Assembly: GCA_030704615.1 (NCBI GenBank)
Contig: CM060733.1
Coordinates: 6,634,001 to 6,698,000 of the forward strand
Length of the DNA stretch: 64,000 nucleotides
Direction of reading: 5' to 3'
DNA from: Takakia lepidozioides
Taxonomy: Eukaryota; Plantae; Bryophyta
Below are positions 23,421-34,292 of this stretch, piece after piece. Made by a program: the position numbers and the translations under genes. The notes under the pieces were generated by a model, which had not been told where the DNA came from, did no database searches, and saw only the letters and a list, made by a program, of their open reading frames with translations. Position 1 is the stretch's first letter. Every line of letters starts with the position of its first letter.

Positions 23421-26071
23421 AGCTCTTCAAGTTCTAGTTTGTGCAAAGTTTGAGACCCTCTTACATTTTTGCTGCAATGAGAATAATTAGCCCAAAAGAC
23501 CCAGTCATGCATTTTTTGCATGATTTCATTCATCAAAATGTGTATCTTCTTGCTCTTTTGGCACTTTCATCTATTTGGACTGAAAACCCATGAATATATT
23601 GTGAAGTGAGATGTAATTTGTGACTTTGTTCTCTAATTAAATTATATACGAGATATTGACCAAAAGTTAAGGTTCTAATGACTTTCAAGTCGGGCCTTCA
23701 GGGTTGATTTTTTTTTTAAACAATCTCACATATTCTTTGCTGAAATAAAAAGAAGAAATTCCATTGCTTAACCCTTCAAGGATGGAAGGCTATTTTTGGC
23801 ATAAAAACATATTTTTCACCGTTTTTATAAAATTAAAAGCTTCAAAACTCTCAAGTGGAATGTAGTGAGTTAAAATCTACATACCTTTGCAATCATTAAG
23901 TTCGTAGGGAGTAGGATTATGTTTGCTAGGCTCGTACAAACATCACTTTCATTCAAATATGAAGATGATTCTAAAAATAGAATATAGAACTATGGATAAA
24001 ATTAACTAATCAAAATAATATATAAAGTAAAAGATTGTTAAACAGGACATTGACTGGAATCATAGGTTAGAAGACTTGAATAAATATAGTGAAATAGGAT
24101 TCTCTTTATTGATCCATTACCATCTTATAACTACAGAATTGTTGTAGCTATGTAGCACGAAGACTTAGAAGTAAACTAAGAAAGACTTCATGTACTGTCC
24201 CCAACAGGACGTGCTAAATACATCTGCCATCTCTGATGGGTCGATTATTGTTTACGCTAAGACACAACTACATGATCCCAGTAGCAACTATTCAATGCAT
24301 GGGATCTGCTGCCTACATGAACCTAGAGCAGGCTATTTCATACATGTGATATAAAGATGAGGTGGTTCAAAGTTGCATGCAAGCTTCAAATTCTTTTTTA
24401 CCATATCAACAAAATCAACATACATGTGAAAATCACTTGTTGCATGCACAATTTTGAGAGTTAGAAGTTGGATATGTGTTTCACTTGAAAATATTACACA
24501 TTCTTCCACAAGAAGGTGTCAACAATTAAACATTAGATGAGAAAATAAATGAACTTAGTAATATGAAAGATGAAAAATAGATGTACATGGTCATGAAAAA
24601 TGTGACATATACATGAATTTCATCCACATTATTTGATTTGAGAAGAAAGAAAACTTTGATTGGTTCCACAAACACCTTGACCAACCTTTTTTTTTCATTT
24701 CTGCCTAGGCCTGGATGTGGCGAAATATTTTTGGGACTGAGTGCAGAGGTGGCGACAAGTACAATGTCCACCTAGAATCCACCTGGTTACAAGAGGGTGC
24801 AATAGTATGGCAACTTTTGGTTACTATATATGGCTGCAATATGGCTACATATATATGTGCAATATGGCTACTGGCTGGAGATCGGACGGTGGCGATAGGT
24901 GCAGGTGGCGGAATCGTGTTGACCCCTGGTGCAATGGGGCGCCAGCCCTTGGATTTAGGGCGCCATGCTCCCCCGTTCCCAGGCGAAAAGGGTGGGTTCC
25001 CAAGGCGCTTTCTGGCACCAGCTTGCCAGGGGCCGGGCCCGCCCCGTTTGGGCGATGTTTTTTATTTTTGCCCCTGTTTTTTGTATAGGGCTGTGGGGGG
25101 CCCACATTTTTGGGTGCTTTTAGGTTTTCTTTCGCCTAAAAAGGAGGGACTGACCGTGACTCAAGGGCTCGATTGTTGAAAGTAAACCATGCACTAAAAT
25201 ATTATATTTGAGAGTCATTTCAAAACATAAAATTAATTAAAAAATATGTTTCAAGGTGTGTTAAAAGACGTTATGATAGGAAATCAATAATATGGTTTTC
25301 AATTAAATCAAATTTATTGAGTAATTTATGACTAATACTACATCCCCCTATTCTCTTTACATATATATGCAGAAATATGAGATGAGGGAGATGATACTTA
25401 AGATATATTTTTGTTGCAATTACTACCGTAGCCTAACAACAACTTCCACACAAAATATTTCCAAAAAAAACAAAAACAAACCTTGCAACCTAAGACAATT
25501 CAAGAAAATTTCCATAATCTGATGTATTAAATTTAAGAAATGCTTAGTCATGTATCATCATCACAAAGATAATTATTTTTATAAGTATCATAAGAAATGT
25601 GAAGATGTTTCATATATATTTTGTTTTGGGGAAGAAAATAATTTTTGTATTTAAAAAAATAATTATTTCAAAATGGGCCTACATGATTTATTGATAATGA
25701 AAAATAAATAATGGAACTTTTGAATATTTATTAAAATTACTCTTTATGATATGTATTATATTACAACAATATTTTCTAAAATTAACGTCCACACACATAT
25801 AAATATAATAGCAATCCGTTGTATTAATTTTATGCTTCTAACTATTTTATAGCTTAATACATTCAAAGACAAGGATGGATATCAAGCATAAAAAAAATTT
25901 AATACCACAAATGTGAGTCTTGTGCAAAATATTCTAAATATTTCAAAATATTACAATGTTTTTCAGGCAATAAAAAGAAAGCACAAAAAATAATTAACCA
26001 TAACCAAGTCTTGAATAATAAAAATAAAAATAAAATAGGTTAGTAAATCTAAATTATAGCCAATTTCTTAA

Positions 26072-26860
26072 CCCCTAAAGGACGAGCCCGTTTTTGGTGG
26101 GCCCATTCCAAAACGGAACATGCCCTCATGTTTGAGGGCATATTTGACATTTGACAAACATCCAGGGGGATGAACAGTATGAAAGTAATCCTACCTACTT
26201 CAGGAACCTACTATAAAAATTTCAGTTGATTTCACCGTGTCATTACGAAGATTATAACAAAAATACAAGTTGTAAATGTTTGGTTTGACCAAGCAATTGG
26301 CCTGGCAAAATGAATTTTCATTGATACAGGCCACCCAGATTCTAATTGCCTAGCATATAGAGCTTGGGCCAAAATTCCAGAACCAAATTCCAAGAGCACA
26401 TGAGGGTTGCTTTGTAAGGGAAAATAAGTGGGTCAAAAAGACCATCCATTACAATTGACTCCTAATTTGCCTCAAATGTGTCCAAATTCTCATCACAAGG
26501 TGAATTTCTCTGGTCATATTGTTCCTTGCGTGGAAACTCACTACCACAAAAAATTTGGAAGCAATCTAATCTACTACATGTATAGATGAATTTTCTAACC
26601 TATCTACATGCAAAATGAATTTTCATTGATACAGGCCACCCATATCCTGCCACGTCGGTAGGTCAAAGCTACTGGAGGGCCCTCAATTGGGTACCTTGCA
26701 GACTAAAAAGTTTATTGACGACAGTGCTTTTATTATCTTAGGGTGCCATAAAGACAGGCAGGTGCATGACGTCATGGCGCACAACTTTCATTCAGAAAGT
26801 TTTTTCATCCGAGGTCATCCAATGATGGCAAGATTTCTGACGTGACCCGTCCATTAGGGG
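26072..26860. mobile_element. Non-autonomous piggyBac-like element, copy 1
   Basis: TTAA at 26068-26071 and 26861-26864. TIRs CCCCTAAAGGACGAG / CCCCTAATGGACGGG match at 13/15. Internal sequence is homologous to 40424-41408. Confidence 0.85.
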
Positions 26861-27520
26861 TTAAACAACTTCAATATTGTGATTTTTAAATAAAAATAAG
26901 ATGAATGTATTACTAAAAAACACAAACACATTTATCTAGTATATGAATAAATATATAAATCTGACAATACCTTTCATTGTCATCCTCATATTCTAAAAAT
27001 AAATCAAATAATTTAACTAATTTTTAATAAAAAACCATAAGAAGAAAATAAAAGAAACCTACCATTTGTAAATCCAATAATCTCAATTTTACACCTGTTT
27101 GAGCACAGTGCAAATTTTTGTAGGAACACAATAACTTTTTCTCTTTTCTTCTTATGAATTACGCTTGCTCCTTCATTCATACACGCACTAGTATCACTAC
27201 TATGGCGACATTGAAAGCTTCACTTCAAGAAGTTCAAACTCCATTTCGGAATCATTCCTCCATGAGATTCCAAAATGGGACGGATCAAAGAATGTTACGG
27301 AAGGGAGAAACGGTAAAGCGCTGTGAAACCGGGCCGGCCTCAACACGATCTAAGCCGTTTGGGGATACTGCCGGGCCGGCGGGGCCTGGACACGGGTCCT
27401 CGTGCCCGGGCTGCGCCTCTAGCGGTCACTCACTGCCACGCAGGCTGAGCGCGGGCCCACCACGGAGAGCTGCCACGTTGCGCCTCATGCCATGTCAGCC
27501 GCCATACACTCCAATCCTTA

Positions 27521-28184
27521 GGGCCTGTTTACACGAGGGCCCGGGCCCAAGAAATCGTGGGCCCAAGGCTGAATGATCTGATTAAAATATAATTTTTAAG
27601 GAATTGGGCCCTCTCTGTGTAAACCTATTGGGCCCAAGCCTAAGGCCCAACCTACACTATTATCAGCCACTCTCCCAGCCCCTCCCGTCCCCTATGGCCT
27701 TGGCTATGGCCTTGGTCCTCTTCATGGCCTTAAGCACGTGATTACAACCATTTTGGTTTTGCAACAACTTAGTATGAACGATTGCAATATGCCAGATTGT
27801 TGATGATTTCATCATGGAAAGAGAAGGTCCAAGAGATAGAGAGGGCTGATGATTCTACGTTGCAGCACTTGAGTCGCGTGGTGGCCGTAGAGAGTCTCTA
27901 GTCTCTACATGCGTCTATGACCTCTTTCCATGATAGGCTTAAGCAAATATATTTTAATACTAGGTTTCTTGGGCCCAGGGGAAAGAGTTGGGTCTCCATC
28001 CCAGGAGCATTCCTTTTGTTGGGTTGGGCCCAAGAATTTGGCGACATAAATCATTCCATGTCATTTTCTTGGTCTTGGGCCCGGACCCTCGTGTAAACTG
28101 CTTGGGCCCAATTTGAGGCTCTTGACCAATAGGATTTCTTGTTTCTAGCTTGGTTTGGGCCCGGGCCCTCGTGTAAACAGGCCC
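27521..28184. mobile_element. PIF/Harbinger (Tourist-like) MITE
   Basis: Perfect 30-bp TIR GGGCCTGTTTACACGAGGGCCCGGGCCCAA. TTA TSD at 27518-27520 and 28185-28187. Internal GGGCCCA repeats. Confidence 0.92.
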
Positions 28185-28215
28185 TTAGTATATGGTGCAG
28201 GTCGCCATACACTGG

Positions 28216-28282
28216 CAGTGTATGGCGACCTGCTGGTTTCGCCATACACTAATGATTAGAGTGGGTGGCGGCTTGCACATGG
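28216..28282 (+). repeat. Further copy of the hairpin terminus seen at 20020, forming an 18-bp perfect palindrome with the adjacent element end
   Basis: cagtgtatggcgacctgctggtttcgccatacactaatgatta...ggcggcttgcacatg. Positions 28197-28214 and 28216-28233 are exact reverse complements with a 1-nt spacer. Confidence 0.8.
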
Positions 28283-28391
28283 ATGGATGGATGGATAGCT
28301 TGAGCAAGGATGGATGAATGAATAGTGGGATGGATGGATGGATTTTAAATATGGATGTGATCCATATTTGGGGTTTATGATATGAAACTTA

Positions 28392-28728
28392 GAGCATCTC
28401 CATGGGGGTAAATGCCCTGCAACGCAAAGGAGCCCCCCGGCCTTGGTATCCACACCCCCGGGGGACTTTCGTGCATGATTCAGGCCCTCTAGGCCCCGCC
28501 GGTACTGCTAGAGAGACTTACAAACACGACTCCCTACATTTATGGTGTGAGGAAAGGCGGCATCTGTCCAGGTGGTCCCAGGGGAGCAAGGCACGTCAGC
28601 CAAAAAGACGTGCAGGGTAATTTGATGGAGGATAGTTTGATGGGGTTGCCGCTGGGGGAGGGGATTGTTGGAGGCCGCAGGAGGTTATCGTTGTAGGGTT
28701 GTTTGGTGTACCCCGCGTGGAGATGCTC
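28392..28728. mobile_element. PIF/Harbinger (Tourist-like) MITE
   Basis: TIR GAGCATCTCCA(T/C)G..GGGTA at both ends. TTA TSD at 28389-28391 and 28729-28731. Confidence 0.9.
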
Positions 28729-28983
28729 TTATGGTTTATCTGCACTTCATTGTGACTTGTTTCTTCAGGTTCTCTCCAGTGAAGTTCTCGCTCTCCACGT
28801 TGAGATATGGCTTTCATTTGTGCTTGAGATTTTCAAGCTTTTCAATTCTTCTTTTTCTACTTGAATGCTTTATGTTCTCTCTTCTTTCAATCTTTGTTAT
28901 TCTCGTTTCTTTTTTTTTGTGTCTCTTTCTGTTTTAAGTGCACTTATGAATATGTACAAAAGAGAACTTTTAAAACATGATCT

Positions 28984-29012
<29 letters not shown>
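28984..29012. repeat. (GA)n microsatellite
   Basis: Direct run of AG dinucleotides. Confidence 0.9.
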
Positions 29013-29017
<5 letters not shown>

Positions 29018-29052
29018 TAAGCACCCATTCCCATAAGGAAGGTGTCACTAGA

Positions 29053-29413
29053 GCCAAGTACTCAAGCAAGGGGACACATAGAGGTCTTTGGTTTGCAAAA
29101 GAATTCATAGAATTAGAGTAGAGCTTAATCAAGTAAGCATGACAACAAGCAAATATTCCCAAAAGGAAGACCAAGTACTCAAGCAATGACCCATATAGAA
29201 GCCTTTGGTTTTGCACAAGTATTCCTAGATTCAGAGTAGAGCTTAGTCAAGTCCGTGTAAGTTCCTCATAGTGTCAACTCTCTTTGTGTTGCCATACTAA
29301 GTAGATTGAATCTCCAGTTTAGGATTGAGGAGATACTCCAATATTCTTAAGGTTCTAGATTGAATTTAAGTAGATTGACTCTTCAATTTAGGATTGAGGA
29401 GATACTCCAATAT
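29053..29413. repeat. Two pairs of degenerate direct repeats
   Basis: ccaagtactcaagcaa...agagtagagctta-tcaagt at ~29054-29133 and ~29171-29252. aagtagattga-tct-ca-tttaggattgaggagatactccaatat at ~29299-29344 and ~29368-29413. Confidence 0.8.
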
Positions 29414-31239
29414 AGTATCCGGAAGATATGGGTACAAGTAATCCTCTGGGTTCTTGCCCTCATTCTGAATGAGAAGAAGATCCACATATATATTGCCCTT
29501 TTCATCATCTGTAAGTCCAGGCAGACTTACAGATGCATGTTGTCTGCAAACAAACTACACACTAAACCCTGAACCGGAGCCAAATGTTGGCTTCATCCTG
29601 ATCTTTCAGGACTAGACACTTGCAAGAGGACACTCACAAGAAACACGCCAAAGCTATATCTGCAACAAAAAGAGAAACTGGCACGAAACTGGAAATAGAC
29701 CTGCACTGCTGGTTGGCAAAGACTGGCTTGCTCACATAAACTCTCACGATCTATCACAACATTAAGCAAACAAGAAAAATAGGCCGTTTCGTCATCTGTT
29801 AGCTTGGATCTGTCATCTTCTTAACATATCATTCTCCATCATACACAGTACTTGCAAAAGACTTCAAGGCTGCACAACAACTTGAATAAGTTGAACTAAA
29901 TAAAACTAAAGCACAAAGCAGGAAATGCGATTCACCAAACACGACAAGTGATCTTTCATGACCAGACAGTTACAAGAAGACACTCTCAATGCCTTTCACT
30001 TCATGCAACTGACATCCGCAGGAAGCCGATCTTTCACAAACAACTATCTACCTTCACCTTCACCTACCACCTACCAAATGCAACTGATAATCAGACAAGA
30101 TAATCCAGCTGACACAGACATAGGCATCGCGCACAAACAATAAGAAACGAGCACAGACAAACAGACAACAAAAGCAAACACGCACCTGATGCACTCAAAC
30201 CGCAGGCGCGAGAGCGAATGCTCTGCAGTCTTCCACAGCCGCAGAACTCCGCACGCGAGCACACACAGCGCGAACCGAAACAGACGAGATCTGGAACCGC
30301 AGGACAACAAAGCTCTGAAACCCGAGAGAGAGAGGGCGAGGCCTGTGGAAGGCCGCCCACTATAGACTACCAACGAGCTCTGTACGCTGAAGGCCTGGCG
30401 CCTCTCATCCGTTGGGATTCGGGATTATTAGTTGGATCATTGTCTCTCCTCTTTCACTAGGTACTTCTCATGTCTCTAAATTCTCGAGTCAGGTTTCGGC
30501 TTACTTGGAAGTCTGTTGGAAATGGTCCAGGTGGAACTACAAGCTAGAGTGGTCCGAGCGATCCCTGATGTGGGTCAATTCGCGGAAGAAGGTTGAGATG
30601 GAGACAGAAGGTAGAGAGATCCTGTAGAGAGATCCACTTCAGTTCCAAACGGAGATATTGTGGATTTTGCACCTCTTCATATGAGAGAGAGGGAGAGAAA
30701 AAGAGGTACTGCAGTGACGAATATTCACGCTTATGTTTCTGAGAGGAAGGAAAGAGAGGCGAGAGATAAAGCCCTAGTGCCAAGGAAACGGTGGCGTGAC
30801 GAGGGAGCTCACAAGGGACCCCTTGTGAGTGCAATGGGAAGGAAGGGGGCGGCAGCGTGGATTTTCAGCGAGAGAGACGACCTGTGAAGTTGAATCATTC
30901 TTTCCATCCGAGAATCGCTCCAATAATCTAGTATGAAATTAGCAAGCTCCATCCGCGAGAGTGTTTTCGTCAAGGGACTGGCAACATGATGAATCGCATA
31001 TCAGGCCTGTACATGCAACAAGCAGAGCCGGAAAATTTGGAAGTTGGGTTGTCGCAATGGTCTTCCAAAGACAGATTTGGAGTTCTGGGTATGTTCTTCG
31101 TCCATCCCTCTATGACCTTGCTGTGAGTCGCTCTTCGAATTTCTGGCGTAGTTGGGAGTAAGTCTGGTGCCTGTGAAGAGATGATTGAATTGTGCCAACT
31201 TCAAGGCTATAATCTTCTGGATTTCCATAATGCAGGAAA

Positions 31240-33810
31240 GTGAGTTCTCAAGTTTGTAATGAGTGGATTGTTGGGCCTCAGAGGCCGGCCAAGGGTGCGG
31301 CCAAGGGTCCCACCACCGGAGTTTCCTATGGAGAGAAACCACAAAGATCGAAGGAGGAGGGAGGTCAAAACGTTTCCGGCACTGGTGGGGATGGGAGGGC
31401 GGTGTGCATGGAGGGACATTTGAAGGACGCAGTGCAGACTTTGGATTTCATGGAACAACGAGGCTTTGGGGCATATTCCCATACCTGTGCTCATCTCTTG
31501 CAAAGGTACGCGAAGATGAAGGCTTTGGCAGATGGCAAGGGTGTCCATGCCCACATCATCAAAACTGGATTTACCCCCGACATTTTCTTAGGAAACACCC
31601 TTATCACAATGTATATGAACTGTGGGAGTGTTGTGGATGCACTCCGAGTGTTCAACAATATGCCTAAGCGAGATGTGGTCTCATGGACCGCCATGATTGC
31701 AGGATTTGCTCAGCAAGGGCGTGGTGAAGAGGCATGTAATCTCTTTCAAGAAATGCAAGGAGAAGGCGTGAAGCCTGACAAGGTTAGTTTCATTATCATT
31801 CTCAAGGCCTTCGTCAGCCCAGAAGCTGTGGAACAGGGTAGGTGGGTCCATATGGGCATCATCAATGCTGGATTTGAAACAGATGTCCAGGTGGGGACTG
31901 CCCTTGTCAGTATGTATTGCAAGTGTGGGAATGTGGTGGATGCACGGGGAGTATTTGACAAAATGCCTAAGCGAGATGTGGTCTCATGGAATGCGATGAT
32001 TGCAGGATTAGGTCAGCAAGGGCATGGTGAAGAGGCCTTTGAACTCTTTCAGCAAATGGAACAAAACAATGTGAAACCTGACAAGGCCACGTTTGTTGGC
32101 ATCCTCAAGGCATGTATCAACTCAGCCGCTCTGGAACAGGGCAAGTGGGTCCATGCTGGCATTGTCAAAGCTGGATTCGAATCAGATGTCCGCGTGGGGA
32201 CTGCTCTTGTCAGCATGTACTGCAAGTGTGGTCATGTGGCGGATGCACGCCAAGTATTTGACAAAATGCTCAAGCGAGATGTGATATCATGGAATGCTAT
32301 GATTGCTGGATTTTGTCAGCAAGGGCAAAGTGAAGAGGCATTTGCACTCTTTCAGCAAATGCAACAAGGAGGAGTAAAGCCAACCAAGAGCACCTTTATT
32401 AGCATCCTCAATGCATGTGCCAGCCCTGCAGCTCTGGAACAGGGCAAGCGGCTTCATGCACAAATTACTAAAACTGGATTTGATTCCGATGTCCAAGTGG
32501 GTAATGCCCTTGTCACCATGTATTGCAAGTGCAGGAGTGTGGTGGATGCACACCAAGCGCTCGACAAAATGCTTAAGCAAGGTGTGATTGCATGCGATGC
32601 AATGATTGCATGGCGTGCCCAGGAAGGGCATGGTGCAGAGCCTATTGAGCTCTTTCAACAAATGCAGCGAGAAGAGGTGAAGCTCAAGGAGGTCACATTC
32701 ATAAGCATCCTCAATGCATGCACCACCTTAACAGCTCTGGAAGAGGGCACTTGGGTCCATGCCCACATCATCAAACGTGGAGCTGAGACCAATGTCTCTG
32801 TGGGGACTGCCCTGATTGACATGTATGCCAAGTGCGGCAGTGTGGGAGATGCACGGAAAGTGTTTGACAAACTTCTTGATAAGGATGTGGTAGCATGGAA
32901 TGCGATGATTGTAGGATATGCCCAGAATGGATGTGGTAAGGAGGCCCTCCAACTTTTTGAGCAGATGCAACTGGGAGGAGTGAAGCCAAATGACATCACA
33001 TTCGTAGGTGTCCTGTCAGCATGCAGCCGTGTAGGCCTGGTGGATGAAGGTCATGACTACTTTCTTTCTATGAGTCGAGATTATAACATCACACCAGCAG
33101 AAAAGCACTATGGCTGCATGGTTGACCTTCTTGGCCGTGCAGGGCAATTGGATGAGGCAAAAGCATTTATCAAAGAAATGACATTCCAACCAGGCACTGC
33201 TGTGTTGGGGGCCTTGCTTGGTGCATGCAGAATCCATGGCAATGTGGAGCTAGCAGAATATGCGGCAGAATGTATCCTCAAGTTGGCACCAAGAAATGGT
33301 GCAATATATGTGCTGCTTTCAAACATTTATGCCACGGTTGGGAGATGGGATGCGGTAGCAAAGGTGGGGAAAGTGATGGAGGAGAGAGGATTGAAAAGGG
33401 AGCCAGGGCGTAGCTGGATCAAGGTGAGGAACCGGGTGCATGTATTCACTGTAGACGATAGGTCACACCCACAAACGGATGAGATCTATGCTGAGTTGGA
33501 GAAATTAACTAGGCACATGAAGGAGGCCGGATATGTGCCCGACACGCGCTTCATCTTGCATGATATGGATCAGCAAACTAAGGAACAGGCTCTCTGCCAC
33601 CACAGCGAAAAGCTGGCCATTTGTTTTGGTCTCATCAGCACCCCCCCTGGGACACCCATCCGCATATTGAAGAACCTTCGTATATGTGGCGATTGCCACG
33701 CTGCCTCCAAGTTTATCTCCAAGATTGTTGCCCGAGAAATCATTGCAAGGGATGGCATCCGTTTCCATCACTTTAAGAATGGGGTTTGTTCTTGTGGGGA
33801 TTATTGGTGA
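31240..33810 (+). CDS. Second PLS-DYW pentatricopeptide repeat RNA-editing factor; the true start is probably in an upstream exon or at an internal ATG
   Basis: 856-aa ORF (GTG start just after a TGCAG acceptor) with PLS triplets, [22 protein letters not shown] and CSCGDYW. Confidence 0.95.
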   Translation: MSSQVCNEWIVGPQRPAKGAAKGPTTGVSYGEKPQRSKEEGGQNVSGTGGDGRAVCMEGHLKDAVQTLDFMEQRGFGAYSHTCAHLLQRYAKMKALADGKGVHAHIIKTGFTPDIFLGNTLITMYMNCGSVVDALRVFNNMPKRDVVSWTAMIAGFAQQGRGEEACNLFQEMQGEGVKPDKVSFIIILKAFVSPEAVEQGRWVHMGIINAGFETDVQVGTALVSMYCKCGNVVDARGVFDKMPKRDVVSWNAMIAGLGQQGHGEEAFELFQQMEQNNVKPDKATFVGILKACINSAALEQGKWVHAGIVKAGFESDVRVGTALVSMYCKCGHVADARQVFDKMLKRDVISWNAMIAGFCQQGQSEEAFALFQQMQQGGVKPTKSTFISILNACASPAALEQGKRLHAQITKTGFDSDVQVGNALVTMYCKCRSVVDAHQALDKMLKQGVIACDAMIAWRAQEGHGAEPIELFQQMQREEVKLKEVTFISILNACTTLTALEEGTWVHAHIIKRGAETNVSVGTALIDMYAKCGSVGDARKVFDKLLDKDVVAWNAMIVGYAQNGCGKEALQLFEQMQLGGVKPNDITFVGVLSACSRVGLVDEGHDYFLSMSRDYNITPAEKHYGCMVDLLGRAGQLDEAKAFIKEMTFQPGTAVLGALLGACRIHGNVELAEYAAECILKLAPRNGAIYVLLSNIYATVGRWDAVAKVGKVMEERGLKREPGRSWIKVRNRVHVFTVDDRSHPQTDEIYAELEKLTRHMKEAGYVPDTRFILHDMDQQTKEQALCHHSEKLAICFGLISTPPGTPIRILKNLRICGDCHAASKFISKIVAREIIARDGIRFHHFKNGVCSCGDYW

Positions 33811-34292
33811 TGACATTTGGACAAGCAATAAACATTATGCATCAAACTATTTGGGTCTAATGGTCCATGTCTTGTTTCCTGTTAGGGTCATTCCACTCCT
33901 TCGTCCAGAAGGCCCCAGTTATGATGAATCAAATTCCTCTTCTGTCTCTCTCCATCCTTATTCTGTGAGGGTGATTGGCAATGCAACCATTCCCATATGT
34001 GATGCCACTGCAGTAGTGGAATAAACCTCCCACTTTCTAGTTTGAGGTCTACCTCTTGTTGGCAGCTCTATCTAGAGAAAAGTGGTGGTGGAGAAGTCCA
34101 CCAAGACCTACCAGGTTATGATAGGTCGATTGGAATCTCTTTAAGAAATATGACTCAATCCCGTGAAGAGAATCTCACCGAGGTCGCAAGAGTTCATGAA
34201 TGTGAGAAACCTGCTGCTGGATGCCCCCTTCATCTCTGGAGGAGATCCCACCCGTGAAATCCACTTGGGAAACAGTTGTGCCGCAAGTATTG

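Larger units (their letters stand above)
20020..28214. mobile_element. Putative ~8.2 kb non-autonomous DNA element with ~65-bp hairpin-containing terminal inverted repeats; superfamily unassigned
   Basis: Left end is cagcgtatggcgacctgc...gtatggcggctccaacatg (20020-20083). Right end, after removing the MITE at 27521-28184, is catgtcagccgccatacactccaatccttagtatatggtgcaggtcgccatacactg, its reverse complement. No TSD could be verified. Confidence 0.55.

Noticed and set aside
23768-23940. TTAACCCTTCAAGGATGG as a third piggyBac-like end
   Set aside because: It resembles the family terminus, but no matching right TIR or TTAA was found, so it is not called.
24890-25140. GC-rich patch with GGCGCC/GGGCC motifs as a MITE or gene
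   Set aside because: No paired TIR or TSD could be established, and the ORFs have no recognisable motifs.
29053-29413. Repeat-spacer-like pattern as a CRISPR array
   Set aside because: Only two degenerate copies per unit, a eukaryotic context and no cas genes.
11110-33810. Possibility that the two PPR genes are U-to-C (DYW:KP/GRP-type) editing factors
   Set aside because: Both have a canonical PG box, HSEKLA and a terminal DYW, typical of C-to-U enzymes.
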